Assembly: GCA_034331105.1 (NCBI GenBank)
Contig: JAXQGB010000006.1
Location: forward strand, 40,034-104,033
DNA: 64,000 nucleotides
Direction of reading: 5' to 3'
Origin: Synergistota bacterium
Lineage (GTDB): Bacteria > Synergistota > Synergistia > Synergistales > Synergistaceae
A program made the translations under genes and the position numbers. Below, piece by piece: positions 9,081 to 17,285 of the stretch (position 1 is the first letter of the stretch; each line of letters begins with the position of its first letter). Below the pieces are notes generated by a model. It saw only the letters and a program-made list of their open reading frames with translations, was not told where the DNA came from and did no database searches.

Positions 9081-9479
9081 TCAGTCATAGGGCATATATA
9101 TGACGATATTCCGCTCTTCTTTCGTGTTGCTGACATTGATCTTTTTCCATCTCATATCTTCTTCGGCAACGATCATCTCTGCCTGTTCCGGAGCGGAAAG
9201 GTCAAGTCTCCCGAAATCCTCGCCGAACATTTCCTTTGTCCCGTCAGATGTTTCCCATATTATATCGCCGCTAGTGCCTGACGTCTGTACTGTTTCCAGC
9301 ATTATGCCTGTCCGGATAGCTTTTGCTTGTTGCATAAGCGTGATCTCGGACTTTGCCCCTCTGAGCCCTTCCTGTCCAAGCATAACAAGCTTTATTGCTG
9401 CGGTCGCAGTCAGGGACAGGATCACTACAGCCACCATAACTTCAACTAGTGTGAAGGCGCGTTTCCTTTTAATATTCAT
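9081..9479 (-). CDS. Minor pseudopilin (GspH/I-like) with a prepilin-type N-terminus
   Basis: MNIKRKRA-FTLVEVMVAVVILS: a methylation motif with Glu at +5 but Ala, not Gly, at -1. 132 aa. Confidence 0.7.
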   Translation of the reverse strand: MNIKRKRAFTLVEVMVAVVILSLTATAAIKLVMLGQEGLRGAKSEITLMQQAKAIRTGIMLETVQTSGTSGDIIWETSDGTKEMFGEDFGRLDLSAPEQAEMIVAEEDMRWKKINVSNTKEERNIVIYMPYD

Positions 9480-10450
9480 TTTACCTGATATTTTAATTCA
9501 AGAGGTTTGCCGGACCTTTCGACCTTTACGTCAAACCTTGTGCCGGACATCATGGAATTGACAGCGTTAGTGGCATCGCTGAGATTTGATATCTCGACTC
9601 CGTTTACTGCTTTTATTATATCGCCCTTCTGGACTCCGACCATACCCAGGACACTGTCAGGATCTATCCTTGCAAGCTGCATGCCGCCGCCCTCGGCAGG
9701 GATCATCCTCATTTTGGCTATCTCGTCATAAGGGTTCATCAGCAGCTTGTCCACCAGTTCCCTGGGGACCACTCCCTCTACCCCTTCCGATGCAGGCTCT
9801 ATCCCAGGATGTACCTTTTTTTGAGGGGCCTTTTTAGGGGGAGCGTTCCTTGGCTGAGGTCGGACTGAAGCCCTTTGCGGCGGTGTCATGTTGCCGGTTG
9901 AGATGTTCATAAACAGGAGATGTCCCTGACCACCCTTAAGGAGAGTGACTTGCAGGTATTTGACATTGTCCAGTTCGTAACCGTTTATCTCCTCGCCTTT
10001 CAATATGAAACGCGTTAAGGATCTGTCGCGGATCCAGGCTCCAATTCCGGGCAGCGTTCCTGCAAGGCTCATGTCTTCGATTTGATATGACTGATCGCCG
10101 GAACTGTTTTTGCCGTTACCCGGCATAAGAGCTCCAAAGGGATTTAAATCGGAAAAATCCCGGTAGGGATCGGCGTTCATAGAGTGGACAAGGGATGGAA
10201 CTCTTTTTGATATTGCCGCTGCAAGATCATATTTTGCCTCAGCCGATCTGTGCAGCAAAGAAAATTCCATGAAAAAACATATAACTGAGGCGATGATGAG
10301 GCCTGCAAGAAATGATACGGCAGAAAGAACTAAGTCCTTCGACTGCTTTTTACCGTCAGAGTGATACCCGTTTCTGAACAGCTCGCACATCTCATCTTTC
10401 AATTCGTACAAAATCGAGCTGAGGCCGTCTTTCACCTTGATATCCTCCAT
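9476..10450 (-). CDS. gspC: GspC-like protein: single TM segment plus a C-terminal PDZ domain
   Basis: TM segment LSAVSFLAGLIIASVICFF. C-terminal PDZ-like GMQLARIDPDSVLGMVGVQKGDIIKAVNGVEISNL. Sits before the secretin. Confidence 0.65.
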   Translation of the reverse strand: MEDIKVKDGLSSILYELKDEMCELFRNGYHSDGKKQSKDLVLSAVSFLAGLIIASVICFFMEFSLLHRSAEAKYDLAAAISKRVPSLVHSMNADPYRDFSDLNPFGALMPGNGKNSSGDQSYQIEDMSLAGTLPGIGAWIRDRSLTRFILKGEEINGYELDNVKYLQVTLLKGGQGHLLFMNISTGNMTPPQRASVRPQPRNAPPKKAPQKKVHPGIEPASEGVEGVVPRELVDKLLMNPYDEIAKMRMIPAEGGGMQLARIDPDSVLGMVGVQKGDIIKAVNGVEISNLSDATNAVNSMMSGTRFDVKVERSGKPLELKYQVK

Positions 10451-11031
10451 TCCCCGGAACCGATCTTTGTCAGGGGGATCACCTGCATATTGCTCAGCAT
10501 TTGAAGCGCCCTGTCAAACTCATCAGGAAAACGTGCGGTCATATCCGCGGCCACTATCTTACCCGTATCTTTTGAAATACTTAAAAAGCCCTTTGCCGAT
10601 ACGTCACCGGCGAGTGTAAGGTCATCCAGATATAGAGTGTCTCCGCCGGATCTTATATTTGCAGTGCCGGAGGTCCATTTGAGTTTTTGCTTTGTTACTG
10701 TTGTGATCTCACCGCTTCCGAAAGAGAGAGTTGCTGTTCGGGAGGCGGATATCAAAGATCTTATTACCTTCGGGTCCACCTTGGCTTCATTGACTTTTAT
10801 CGAGACTGCGGGCATGTCTGCGGTGATGCCTCTGTAGATGAATTCTCTATCCAGAAGACCCTCTGTGTAAATATCCCGGAATGAGATGAAGATATTTTTT
10901 TCTGAAGCTGACAAGGCAGCCCGGCTGGCGGAATATTCTGCCGCTGTGTCCCATGGAAAAAAGAGTGCCATGCCTGCAATAAGGCCGCATGATCCTGCAA
11001 AAATGATTTTAAGAGTTTTAGAGAGAGTCAT
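10432..11031 (-). CDS. Single-TM periplasmic protein in the GspN position
   Basis: 199 aa with N-terminal TM segment IIFAGSCGLIAGMALFF. Assignment rests on position and topology only. Confidence 0.3.
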   Translation of the reverse strand: MTLSKTLKIIFAGSCGLIAGMALFFPWDTAAEYSASRAALSASEKNIFISFRDIYTEGLLDREFIYRGITADMPAVSIKVNEAKVDPKVIRSLISASRTATLSFGSGEITTVTKQKLKWTSGTANIRSGGDTLYLDDLTLAGDVSAKGFLSISKDTGKIVAADMTARFPDEFDRALQMLSNMQVIPLTKIGSGEWRISR

Positions 11032-11491
11032 CGCCGGTTGCTCCTATCAGCATTGATGCGTTAATGAGCCTTCCCTTTTGAGCGGAATTTATAGCCCTTA
11101 TATCTGCCGTCCTTACCTGAAGGCCCTTTTCGGAGAGGCGCTTCAGGAAAGAGATAAATTCCGCTCCGTTCAGTGCGGTCATCTGAACGGTCAGCCCTGA
11201 TGATCCTGAGTTCATCAACCCCACTTGGCCTTTCAGGTTGAGTTCATTTATCGCATCCGTGAGGAGAGACAAAGGCTCTCTGCCCTCTGCAGAACTTCTT
11301 GAAGGATATGAATAAAAGGTATTTGCCGCATCAAGGATCCTTCCCGTGTCCATGATCCTCTCTTTGCTGCTGTTCAGAATGGCCGAAGCTTCCAGAAAGA
11401 GCGCTGTCCCCGCTGTCCAGACTAAAAGTGCGAGCAGCCCAAGGCGGATCAGCTTTTTTGTCTCAGGCAGTCCCCTCATCTCATCTATCAT
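11018..11491 (-). CDS. GspM-like single-TM protein
   Basis: 157 aa with N-terminal TM segment LGLLALLVWTAGTALFL. ATGA overlap with the upstream GspL-like gene. No motif-level proof. Confidence 0.4.
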   Translation of the reverse strand: MIDEMRGLPETKKLIRLGLLALLVWTAGTALFLEASAILNSSKERIMDTGRILDAANTFYSYPSRSSAEGREPLSLLTDAINELNLKGQVGLMNSGSSGLTVQMTALNGAEFISFLKRLSEKGLQVRTADIRAINSAQKGRLINASMLIGATGDDSL

Positions 11492-12708
11492 TTTGGCCCG
11501 CTCCTCTCGGAACTTTCAAGCCCAATAGAAAAACGCATTCCTGAACCCGGTATCTGTTGGATGTCAGATATCTTCGCATTGAAGCCGTTTTTATTCAGGG
11601 AATCGCGAAGGGATTCAACGGGAACGCTTCCGGCCGCTGTGCCCTGGATCTCAGTCCGCTCAGTCCCGTATCTGATCGCATCAAGTTTCAGCGATCCTGA
11701 TGAAGCAGATGCTATCCATGCAGCCGCTATATTGTCCAGAGTCTGTTCCATGGTCATGTTCGTCCCGCCCGCGCCGAGGTTCTTAATTTTTGCTGCGGAA
11801 GATGCCAGCGGGCTGTTGGATCTCTCTCCAAAAGCTATTTCGTAAATTTCAAAGGGGACGTTCTCAAAATGATCCCTGTTGAGTCTGCTGTAAAAAAAAG
11901 CTCCTGCCGAGAGGACAAGAAACAAGAGGCCGAGGAAGAGCGCAGCCCTGGCTGTGCTGAAGGCCGCTGCGAAAAAGGATTCCAATTTTCTGGCACTGTC
12001 GGCGCCTTTCGTTGAAAGGTCAAGGGAGGCCGAGCCCTTGAATGACCTCAGGGTCTCACTTCCTGCTTTTTGGATACTTGTTGCAGAAAGAGATGATCTT
12101 TCTGCAAGGATTATATTATCTATCGGGACGTCTGCGGATAGCGAGTAATCGACAAACCATTTCTCAAGGTCATTCACGGAGTTTTCTGCGGAAGGTGTCC
12201 ATTTGTACAGTAGAGGAGAACGGTCCTTAAAAAGCATTCCGGAGGTCCCGCTTTCAGAGTTCCATATTGCCAGGCCACTACCCTCTGTCTCATGGAACAT
12301 GGCCAGTGGGGCCGGCCAGAAAGTTATGCAGTCGCCCAGCCTTCCTTCTGTCTCCTCTATTTCGGCCTTCGAAACGAACCATACGACTCCCTCTGTCCTG
12401 TCAGATCCCTGTTCTGTCACCTGGGGTATCATGAGGATGGAATCGTCATCGTTTCCGAGCGCATACCTGAATGACATCTTCAGGGCATCTCTCAACCTCC
12501 CGTTTTTCCCGAAGGGGAAGGAGAATGGATGGACTGAGAGCGTCCTGAGCTGAAGGAGCGCGATGACCCGTACGTTCTGTGCAGAAGGCAGGGCAACATT
12601 GCGATCGACAATATCCTCTTCAGTACAGAAACGGATATTTTCATCCATTTTTGCATTGCTCCTCGCATTTTGTGAGAATAAGTCTTTCAGTTTGTTGGAA
12701 ACTGTCAT
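11488..12708 (-). CDS. GspL-like bitopic assembly-platform protein
   Basis: 406 aa: about 255 aa cytoplasmic, TM segment FLGLLFLVLSAGAFF, about 130 aa periplasmic. This is the classic GspL topology and position (after gspK, before the M-like gene). Confidence 0.5.
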   Translation of the reverse strand: MTVSNKLKDLFSQNARSNAKMDENIRFCTEEDIVDRNVALPSAQNVRVIALLQLRTLSVHPFSFPFGKNGRLRDALKMSFRYALGNDDDSILMIPQVTEQGSDRTEGVVWFVSKAEIEETEGRLGDCITFWPAPLAMFHETEGSGLAIWNSESGTSGMLFKDRSPLLYKWTPSAENSVNDLEKWFVDYSLSADVPIDNIILAERSSLSATSIQKAGSETLRSFKGSASLDLSTKGADSARKLESFFAAAFSTARAALFLGLLFLVLSAGAFFYSRLNRDHFENVPFEIYEIAFGERSNSPLASSAAKIKNLGAGGTNMTMEQTLDNIAAAWIASASSGSLKLDAIRYGTERTEIQGTAAGSVPVESLRDSLNKNGFNAKISDIQQIPGSGMRFSIGLESSERSGPK

Positions 12709-12717
12709 CTGCCTTGC

Positions 12718-13647
12718 CTATTCCTCCCAGCGCACCACGCTGCACGAGTCGTTTTCCCGTTTTAATATGATCCTGAAATTCCTCTCCTTTTCATCTACAT
12801 ATGATACATTGATATTCAGACGAAAATAAGAGCTTTCAAAAGCGATAACATTCGAAAGTCTTGTGATGACCTCCACAGGGATGTTCGGGATCTTTTTCAG
12901 GTCATCCAGGCTTCTTATAGGATACATCATCCTAAACGCGGCAAAATTCCGAGCCTGGGCAATGTCGATCTTCTCGTCCATTATTGCTATCACCTGTGGC
13001 GAAGCGGTGTTGATGTTGACCTTTTCTTTTCCGTAAACGGTCAGATATCCTGCCAGTCCCACTGGGATGTCCTTTGTACCCCACAGCATCCCGTCGTCTA
13101 TCTCATTTATTAGTTTGAGCTCGGCAAGATCGCTCAGTTCGCGGTTGATGCTTGTGCTCCTTTCGCTTCCTTCCAGCTTTTGGCTGCTGTCGGAATCAAT
13201 GAAATCCAAGACTACCGCGGAAAGCCAAGGGAAACCTACATTTTCCCATATCCTATCCCATGCGCCGGAGTATTCAGATCTTATGGTGACCTTATCCGGC
13301 AGCAAAATACCGTTTATCGGGATCCTGTCATCAAGAGGTTCTATGTTGACTTCTGCTGTGAAGCCGTCTATCTCCGACCTCAATACACCATTATAAGCGT
13401 AAAGAGGCTCAGATCGGCTGTCATATCCGTTATTATCCTCAGAGATCTTTTTTGATGCATACTTGCAGGCGATCTCAGCAATGCTCCTGCTCCTGGCGAT
13501 GAAGCTTACCGCCTCTGCCCTTTTCATTTCAGTCCTTGCATACCACGAAAACGCTGTCGCAGCAGTAAGCAGCAACGTGACTGATATCAATACGGATATG
13601 AGGATGAACCCCTTATTCTTTGAGGATCGTCGGCAGCGAATCTTCAT
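12718..13647 (-). CDS. gspK: GspK-like minor pseudopilin
   Basis: N-terminus KNKGFILISVLISV (prepilin-like, no Glu at +5, as in GspK). VNINTASPQVIA motif. 309 aa. Confidence 0.7.
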   Translation of the reverse strand: MKIRCRRSSKNKGFILISVLISVTLLLTAATAFSWYARTEMKRAEAVSFIARSRSIAEIACKYASKKISEDNNGYDSRSEPLYAYNGVLRSEIDGFTAEVNIEPLDDRIPINGILLPDKVTIRSEYSGAWDRIWENVGFPWLSAVVLDFIDSDSSQKLEGSERSTSINRELSDLAELKLINEIDDGMLWGTKDIPVGLAGYLTVYGKEKVNINTASPQVIAIMDEKIDIAQARNFAAFRMMYPIRSLDDLKKIPNIPVEVITRLSNVIAFESSYFRLNINVSYVDEKERNFRIILKRENDSCSVVRWEE

Positions 13648-14251
13648 AAACTTGCTTTCTCCCGTTTAGTGTTATCGTTATCCTCATGGCCTTCGGGAGT
13701 CCTCCCGTATATTCATCGGACCATGACTCGCCTGACCAGACGGAGAGTTTTAACCCCTCTGCATCTTTGAGCACCATTTTGCCCTCTTCCGGCCTCAAGC
13801 TGTCTGTGTCCAGAGCTGTCGGTCCCGCCTCTTGGTCGGATCCCTTTGCCGCAGAACTCCATCCAGGTATCTCCCATCTGTAGAGTCCAGGTTTATATTT
13901 ATTTAGGCCGGATGAAGATACTATCTTATAAACTATCAGCCCCGGCGCTTTATTCTCCTTCACAGGAGCGGCTGACCAGACAAGCAGCCTGTCATCCTCC
14001 CTGACAGTAAAGCCTTCCTTGTGAACAGTCCGAAAGATCGGAAAAGAACTGCTTTTGGCAAAATTCCTTGTATCGTAAAATATCCTGTCGGCAGCTTCCA
14101 TCACTTTCATGCTTTTGCCCCAGTCCTTCTGAACGGTCTCAAGGGACTGCACTGTGAAGACGAGGGGAGCTAGGGCAGCGACGGCAATAATGCCGACCAG
14201 CCCCACTGCCAGAATTATTTCTATCAATGTGAAACCCTTCTGTTTTTTCAT
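13613..14251 (-). CDS. Minor pseudopilin (GspJ-like)
   Basis: MKKQKG-FTLIEIILAVGLVGIIAV prepilin motif. 212 aa. First gene of the operon. Confidence 0.6.
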   Translation of the reverse strand: MKKQKGFTLIEIILAVGLVGIIAVAALAPLVFTVQSLETVQKDWGKSMKVMEAADRIFYDTRNFAKSSSFPIFRTVHKEGFTVREDDRLLVWSAAPVKENKAPGLIVYKIVSSSGLNKYKPGLYRWEIPGWSSAAKGSDQEAGPTALDTDSLRPEEGKMVLKDAEGLKLSVWSGESWSDEYTGGLPKAMRITITLNGRKQVYEDSLPTILKE

Positions 14252-14403
14252 CTGAAATCCTGAAACCTATCCCCCCATCTTCTGAGACGAACAACGGATA
14301 TTATTTTCAGGGGCCAATTAGAAATCGTTCTGACAGAAAAAACTGATACTAATATACAGCATCAATATGAAATTAAAAACGTTCAGGACCTGAAGCAGAC
14401 CTC

Positions 14404-15174
14404 CTACTTATCCTGCTGAACAGACCTGTAGATCGTGAAAAGAGAAGCCAGAGTACCAATAAGGACAAAGCCGGCAAAGATCAGCAGCCCTCCGTTTCTT
14501 AGTCCCTCTTCCCTTACAGGATCGGTCAAAAGACGAAAGGCACCGTAAGCAAGTATGAAGAGAGGAGTAAGCAGTGTATGTCCACGCGCCCTCTTTTTTA
14601 AAAAGATCTTTTCAGCCGCAGTCAGAAACAGCATCAGCCCCAGCATGAAGGCTGATTCGATCAAAGGATATGGGTATCGGAAAATGGAAGCATGATCATT
14701 AGGATAATGCACAGCGAACCACGGCAGCGGCGATTTGTCGAGACCGATCCCGCGGCAGCATCCGTCGAAAAAGCATCCCAGCCTCCACACGGCTATTGCG
14801 GCTGCAGCAGGTATCATCGCAGCATCGGCGAAGTCATTCCATCTGAGTTTTCCCCTGTATGACTTATATATGCCGGCAAGACCGCCGAATAATATCCCGC
14901 CGGAAGAGGAAAGCTCGGCAGGGAAGAAGCCTCTGAATGAAGGGTCATTTGTAAAAAGCAGGACGGCTTTGCCAAAAAAGTCAAAAAAGAGAGCACCTGC
15001 AGCGGCTGCAAAAAAAGTCCACACGATCGCATCTGTGGTCCCGTTATGGTCGAGGCCATATTTATTTACAGCCCTGGAGCGTGTCCAGTACATGAAAAGG
15101 GAGACGGCAGCAAACCAAAAAAGATAACTGGTCCTGACAGTTATAAAACTGTACTCAAAGAGGATCGGGCGCAT
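14404..15174 (-). CDS. lgt: Prolipoprotein diacylglyceryl transferase family protein
   Basis: Polytopic 256-aa protein with a WRLGCFFDGCCRG motif, a Cys-rich variant of the Lgt GR.GNF.NGE signature. Confidence 0.6.
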   Translation of the reverse strand: MRPILFEYSFITVRTSYLFWFAAVSLFMYWTRSRAVNKYGLDHNGTTDAIVWTFFAAAAGALFFDFFGKAVLLFTNDPSFRGFFPAELSSSGGILFGGLAGIYKSYRGKLRWNDFADAAMIPAAAAIAVWRLGCFFDGCCRGIGLDKSPLPWFAVHYPNDHASIFRYPYPLIESAFMLGLMLFLTAAEKIFLKKRARGHTLLTPLFILAYGAFRLLTDPVREEGLRNGGLLIFAGFVLIGTLASLFTIYRSVQQDK

Positions 15175-15344
15175 CTTCTCATCTCCTGCCTGATACCGCT
15201 TTAATATATCACTTTTTTACAAATCTAGAAATCGGCGTGTAAAGTAAAAGGCTCAGCTGCCTAATTATAAGTGAAGGGATATGGGAAAAGAGAACGGTAC
15301 AAAGGAGAAAGAATGATACCTAAGCCGCAGAAAGTCTGAGTTTC

Positions 15345-15383
15345 AAAGAAAAAGCGGCCGACGCATATATATACGTCCGCCGC
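15345..15383 (-). terminator. Terminator after dctM
   Basis: Stem GCGGCCGACG / CGTCCGCCGC (one mismatch), with a T-run on the minus-strand transcript. Confidence 0.55.
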
Positions 15384-15409
15384 TTTCTGCAATAGTGGTT
15401 TTATCTTGA

Positions 15410-16690
15410 TTACCTCATCAGCTGCAGCAGCCCCATGCTGAAGATAGGGAAATATGTAAAGAGAAGCAGGCATCCGACCATTGCCACGAAGGCAGGTATG
15501 ATTTCTCTAGAGATATCTTCTATGCTTTCTCCGGATATGGCAGAGGCTACGAAGAGGTTTATCCCGTATGGCGGCGAGATAAAGCCGCAGGCAAGGTTGA
15601 CGGTGATTATGAGCCCAAAGTGTATCGGGTCTATTCCTATCATCTTGACTACCGGAAGCAGTATAGGCGTCAGGATGATGACTGCGGCAATGTTGTCCAC
15701 GAAGCAGCCGATGACCAGAAGAAATACGTTGATGATCATGAGGAGGAGAAATGGGCTGTCAACGAATGTAATGAGCCATGCAGCTATCTTTGCCGGTATC
15801 TGTGCCATCGCAAGATAGCTCGCGAAGGCCATCGAAAGGCCGATAAGGAACGAAGTGGCGCCGTTTATGAGTCCTGTAGATTTGAGGCAGTCGTAAAGGA
15901 CCTTCATGGTGAGTTCACGGTATACGAATTTTCCAATGATGACGGAGTAGACAACTGCGACAACTGCAGCTTCCGTGGGTGTGAAAATTCCGCCGTATAT
16001 TCCGCCCAGTATTATGACCGGAACAAGCATTGCCCAGAAAGATTCTTTAAAAGCTTTTGCAACTTCTGAAAACTTGGGGCGTTCATTCAGTGTAAGGTAT
16101 TTACGTTTTTTTGCAGTGCCGTAGCATACAGCCATCAAGGCGATGCCGATTATGATCCCCGGGATGATCCCTGCGATGAACATGTCCCCGATCGAGCACT
16201 GAGCTACTACACAGTAGATGACGAATGGGATGCTGGGAGGGATGATAACTCCTATAGTTCCTGCAGCAGCAGTTATCGCAGCCGCGAAGCCACCGTCATA
16301 TTTTCTCTCTTTCATGGAAGGTATCATAAAAGAACCGATTGCTGAAACTGTAGCAGGCCCCGATCCGGAGATCGCCGCGAAGAACATGCACGCGAGGACC
16401 GTTACCATCGCAAGGCCTCCGACGATGTATCCGACGAGGCTCTCCGCAAGGGCTACAAGCCGGCGGGAAATGCCTCCGTTGCACATCAGTGCGCCTGCCA
16501 GGATGAAGAAAGGAATTGCCAGCAGTGGGAAAGAATCCAGCCCTGTCACAGATTTCTGGGCGAGCATTATCATAGGGATGTCAGACGTCAGCCACATCGC
16601 TATGCCTGTTGCGAGTCCAAGAGTTATTCCGATAGGGATACTAAGCGCTATTGTTATTATCAGGATAGAAAAAAGAATAACAGCTTCCAT
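15410..16690 (-). CDS. dctM: TRAP transporter large permease
   Basis: 426-aa polytopic protein of DctM-type composition, directly downstream of the small permease. Confidence 0.9.
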   Translation of the reverse strand: MEAVILFSILIITIALSIPIGITLGLATGIAMWLTSDIPMIMLAQKSVTGLDSFPLLAIPFFILAGALMCNGGISRRLVALAESLVGYIVGGLAMVTVLACMFFAAISGSGPATVSAIGSFMIPSMKERKYDGGFAAAITAAAGTIGVIIPPSIPFVIYCVVAQCSIGDMFIAGIIPGIIIGIALMAVCYGTAKKRKYLTLNERPKFSEVAKAFKESFWAMLVPVIILGGIYGGIFTPTEAAVVAVVYSVIIGKFVYRELTMKVLYDCLKSTGLINGATSFLIGLSMAFASYLAMAQIPAKIAAWLITFVDSPFLLLMIINVFLLVIGCFVDNIAAVIILTPILLPVVKMIGIDPIHFGLIITVNLACGFISPPYGINLFVASAISGESIEDISREIIPAFVAMVGCLLLFTYFPIFSMGLLQLMR

Positions 16691-16701
16691 GATCCCGCCC
16701 C

Positions 16702-17208
16702 CTATTCCGCTGTCTTTGCTGCCTGTATTGCCGGGGCAGGAAGTCCGTTTTTATGCAGCTTATACATTTCAACGAAGAGCCTTAGACACATTAGTGCACA
16801 TCCAATAGGTACAGATGCGTAGGGCCATGTCATCGGTATCTGCATAGCAGCTGATTCCTGCCCTGTTTCCTGCAGGAAGATCAGGAGCATCGTTCCCTGC
16901 CATGCGAGGAAAAAACTGAATACGAACCATACTATCAAAATCATATATTCAAAATATATGCGTGATTTCCCTTTTATCATGTTTGCGAACATTTCGACCC
17001 TGAAGTGGCTTCTTTCTTTCACTGCGTAACTTGCGCCTATCCAGGACAGCCAGAGAAAAATGAAACGGGCCAGTTCTTCACTCCAGGAGAGCGAGTTTGA
17101 AAAAACGTATCTCATTACGACCTGAATAAAGACTATAACTGTCATTATTGCCATTGTCCAAACACAGAAGTACTCTTCAATATTATCAAGGAATTTACTA
17201 ACAGACAT
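16702..17208 (-). CDS. dctQ: TRAP transporter small permease
   Basis: 168 aa with four hydrophobic segments, located between the DctP and DctM genes. Confidence 0.8.
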   Translation of the reverse strand: MSVSKFLDNIEEYFCVWTMAIMTVIVFIQVVMRYVFSNSLSWSEELARFIFLWLSWIGASYAVKERSHFRVEMFANMIKGKSRIYFEYMILIVWFVFSFFLAWQGTMLLIFLQETGQESAAMQIPMTWPYASVPIGCALMCLRLFVEMYKLHKNGLPAPAIQAAKTAE

Positions 17209-17233
17209 CGCAGGTACGACCTCCTCTTAATGC

Positions 17234-17268
17234 AAAAAAGCCGCTTCCGTCCCGCAGGGCGGAAGCGG
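17234..17268 (-). terminator. Intercistronic hairpin plus U-run between dctP and dctQ (partial terminator or attenuator)
   Basis: Stem GCCGCTTCCG...CGGAAGCGGT followed by TTTTTT on the minus strand. AAGAGGAGG RBS for dctQ follows. Confidence 0.5.
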
Positions 17269-17285
17269 TGGTGCAAATATTGCTC

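Noticed and set aside
4197-14251. Alternative reading of the locus as a type IV pilus or competence pseudopilus system
   Set aside because: A GspK-like protein, a PDZ-ended GspC-like protein and a GspG-type major pseudopilin are present, no PilT-like retraction ATPase is seen, and the order L-M-(N)-C-D-E-F all favour a T2SS. The call still needs profile-based confirmation.
14252-14403. Promoter of the secretion operon
   Set aside because: Only weak matches were found (TTGATG with no properly spaced -10; TATATT with a poor -35). I could not support a specific call.
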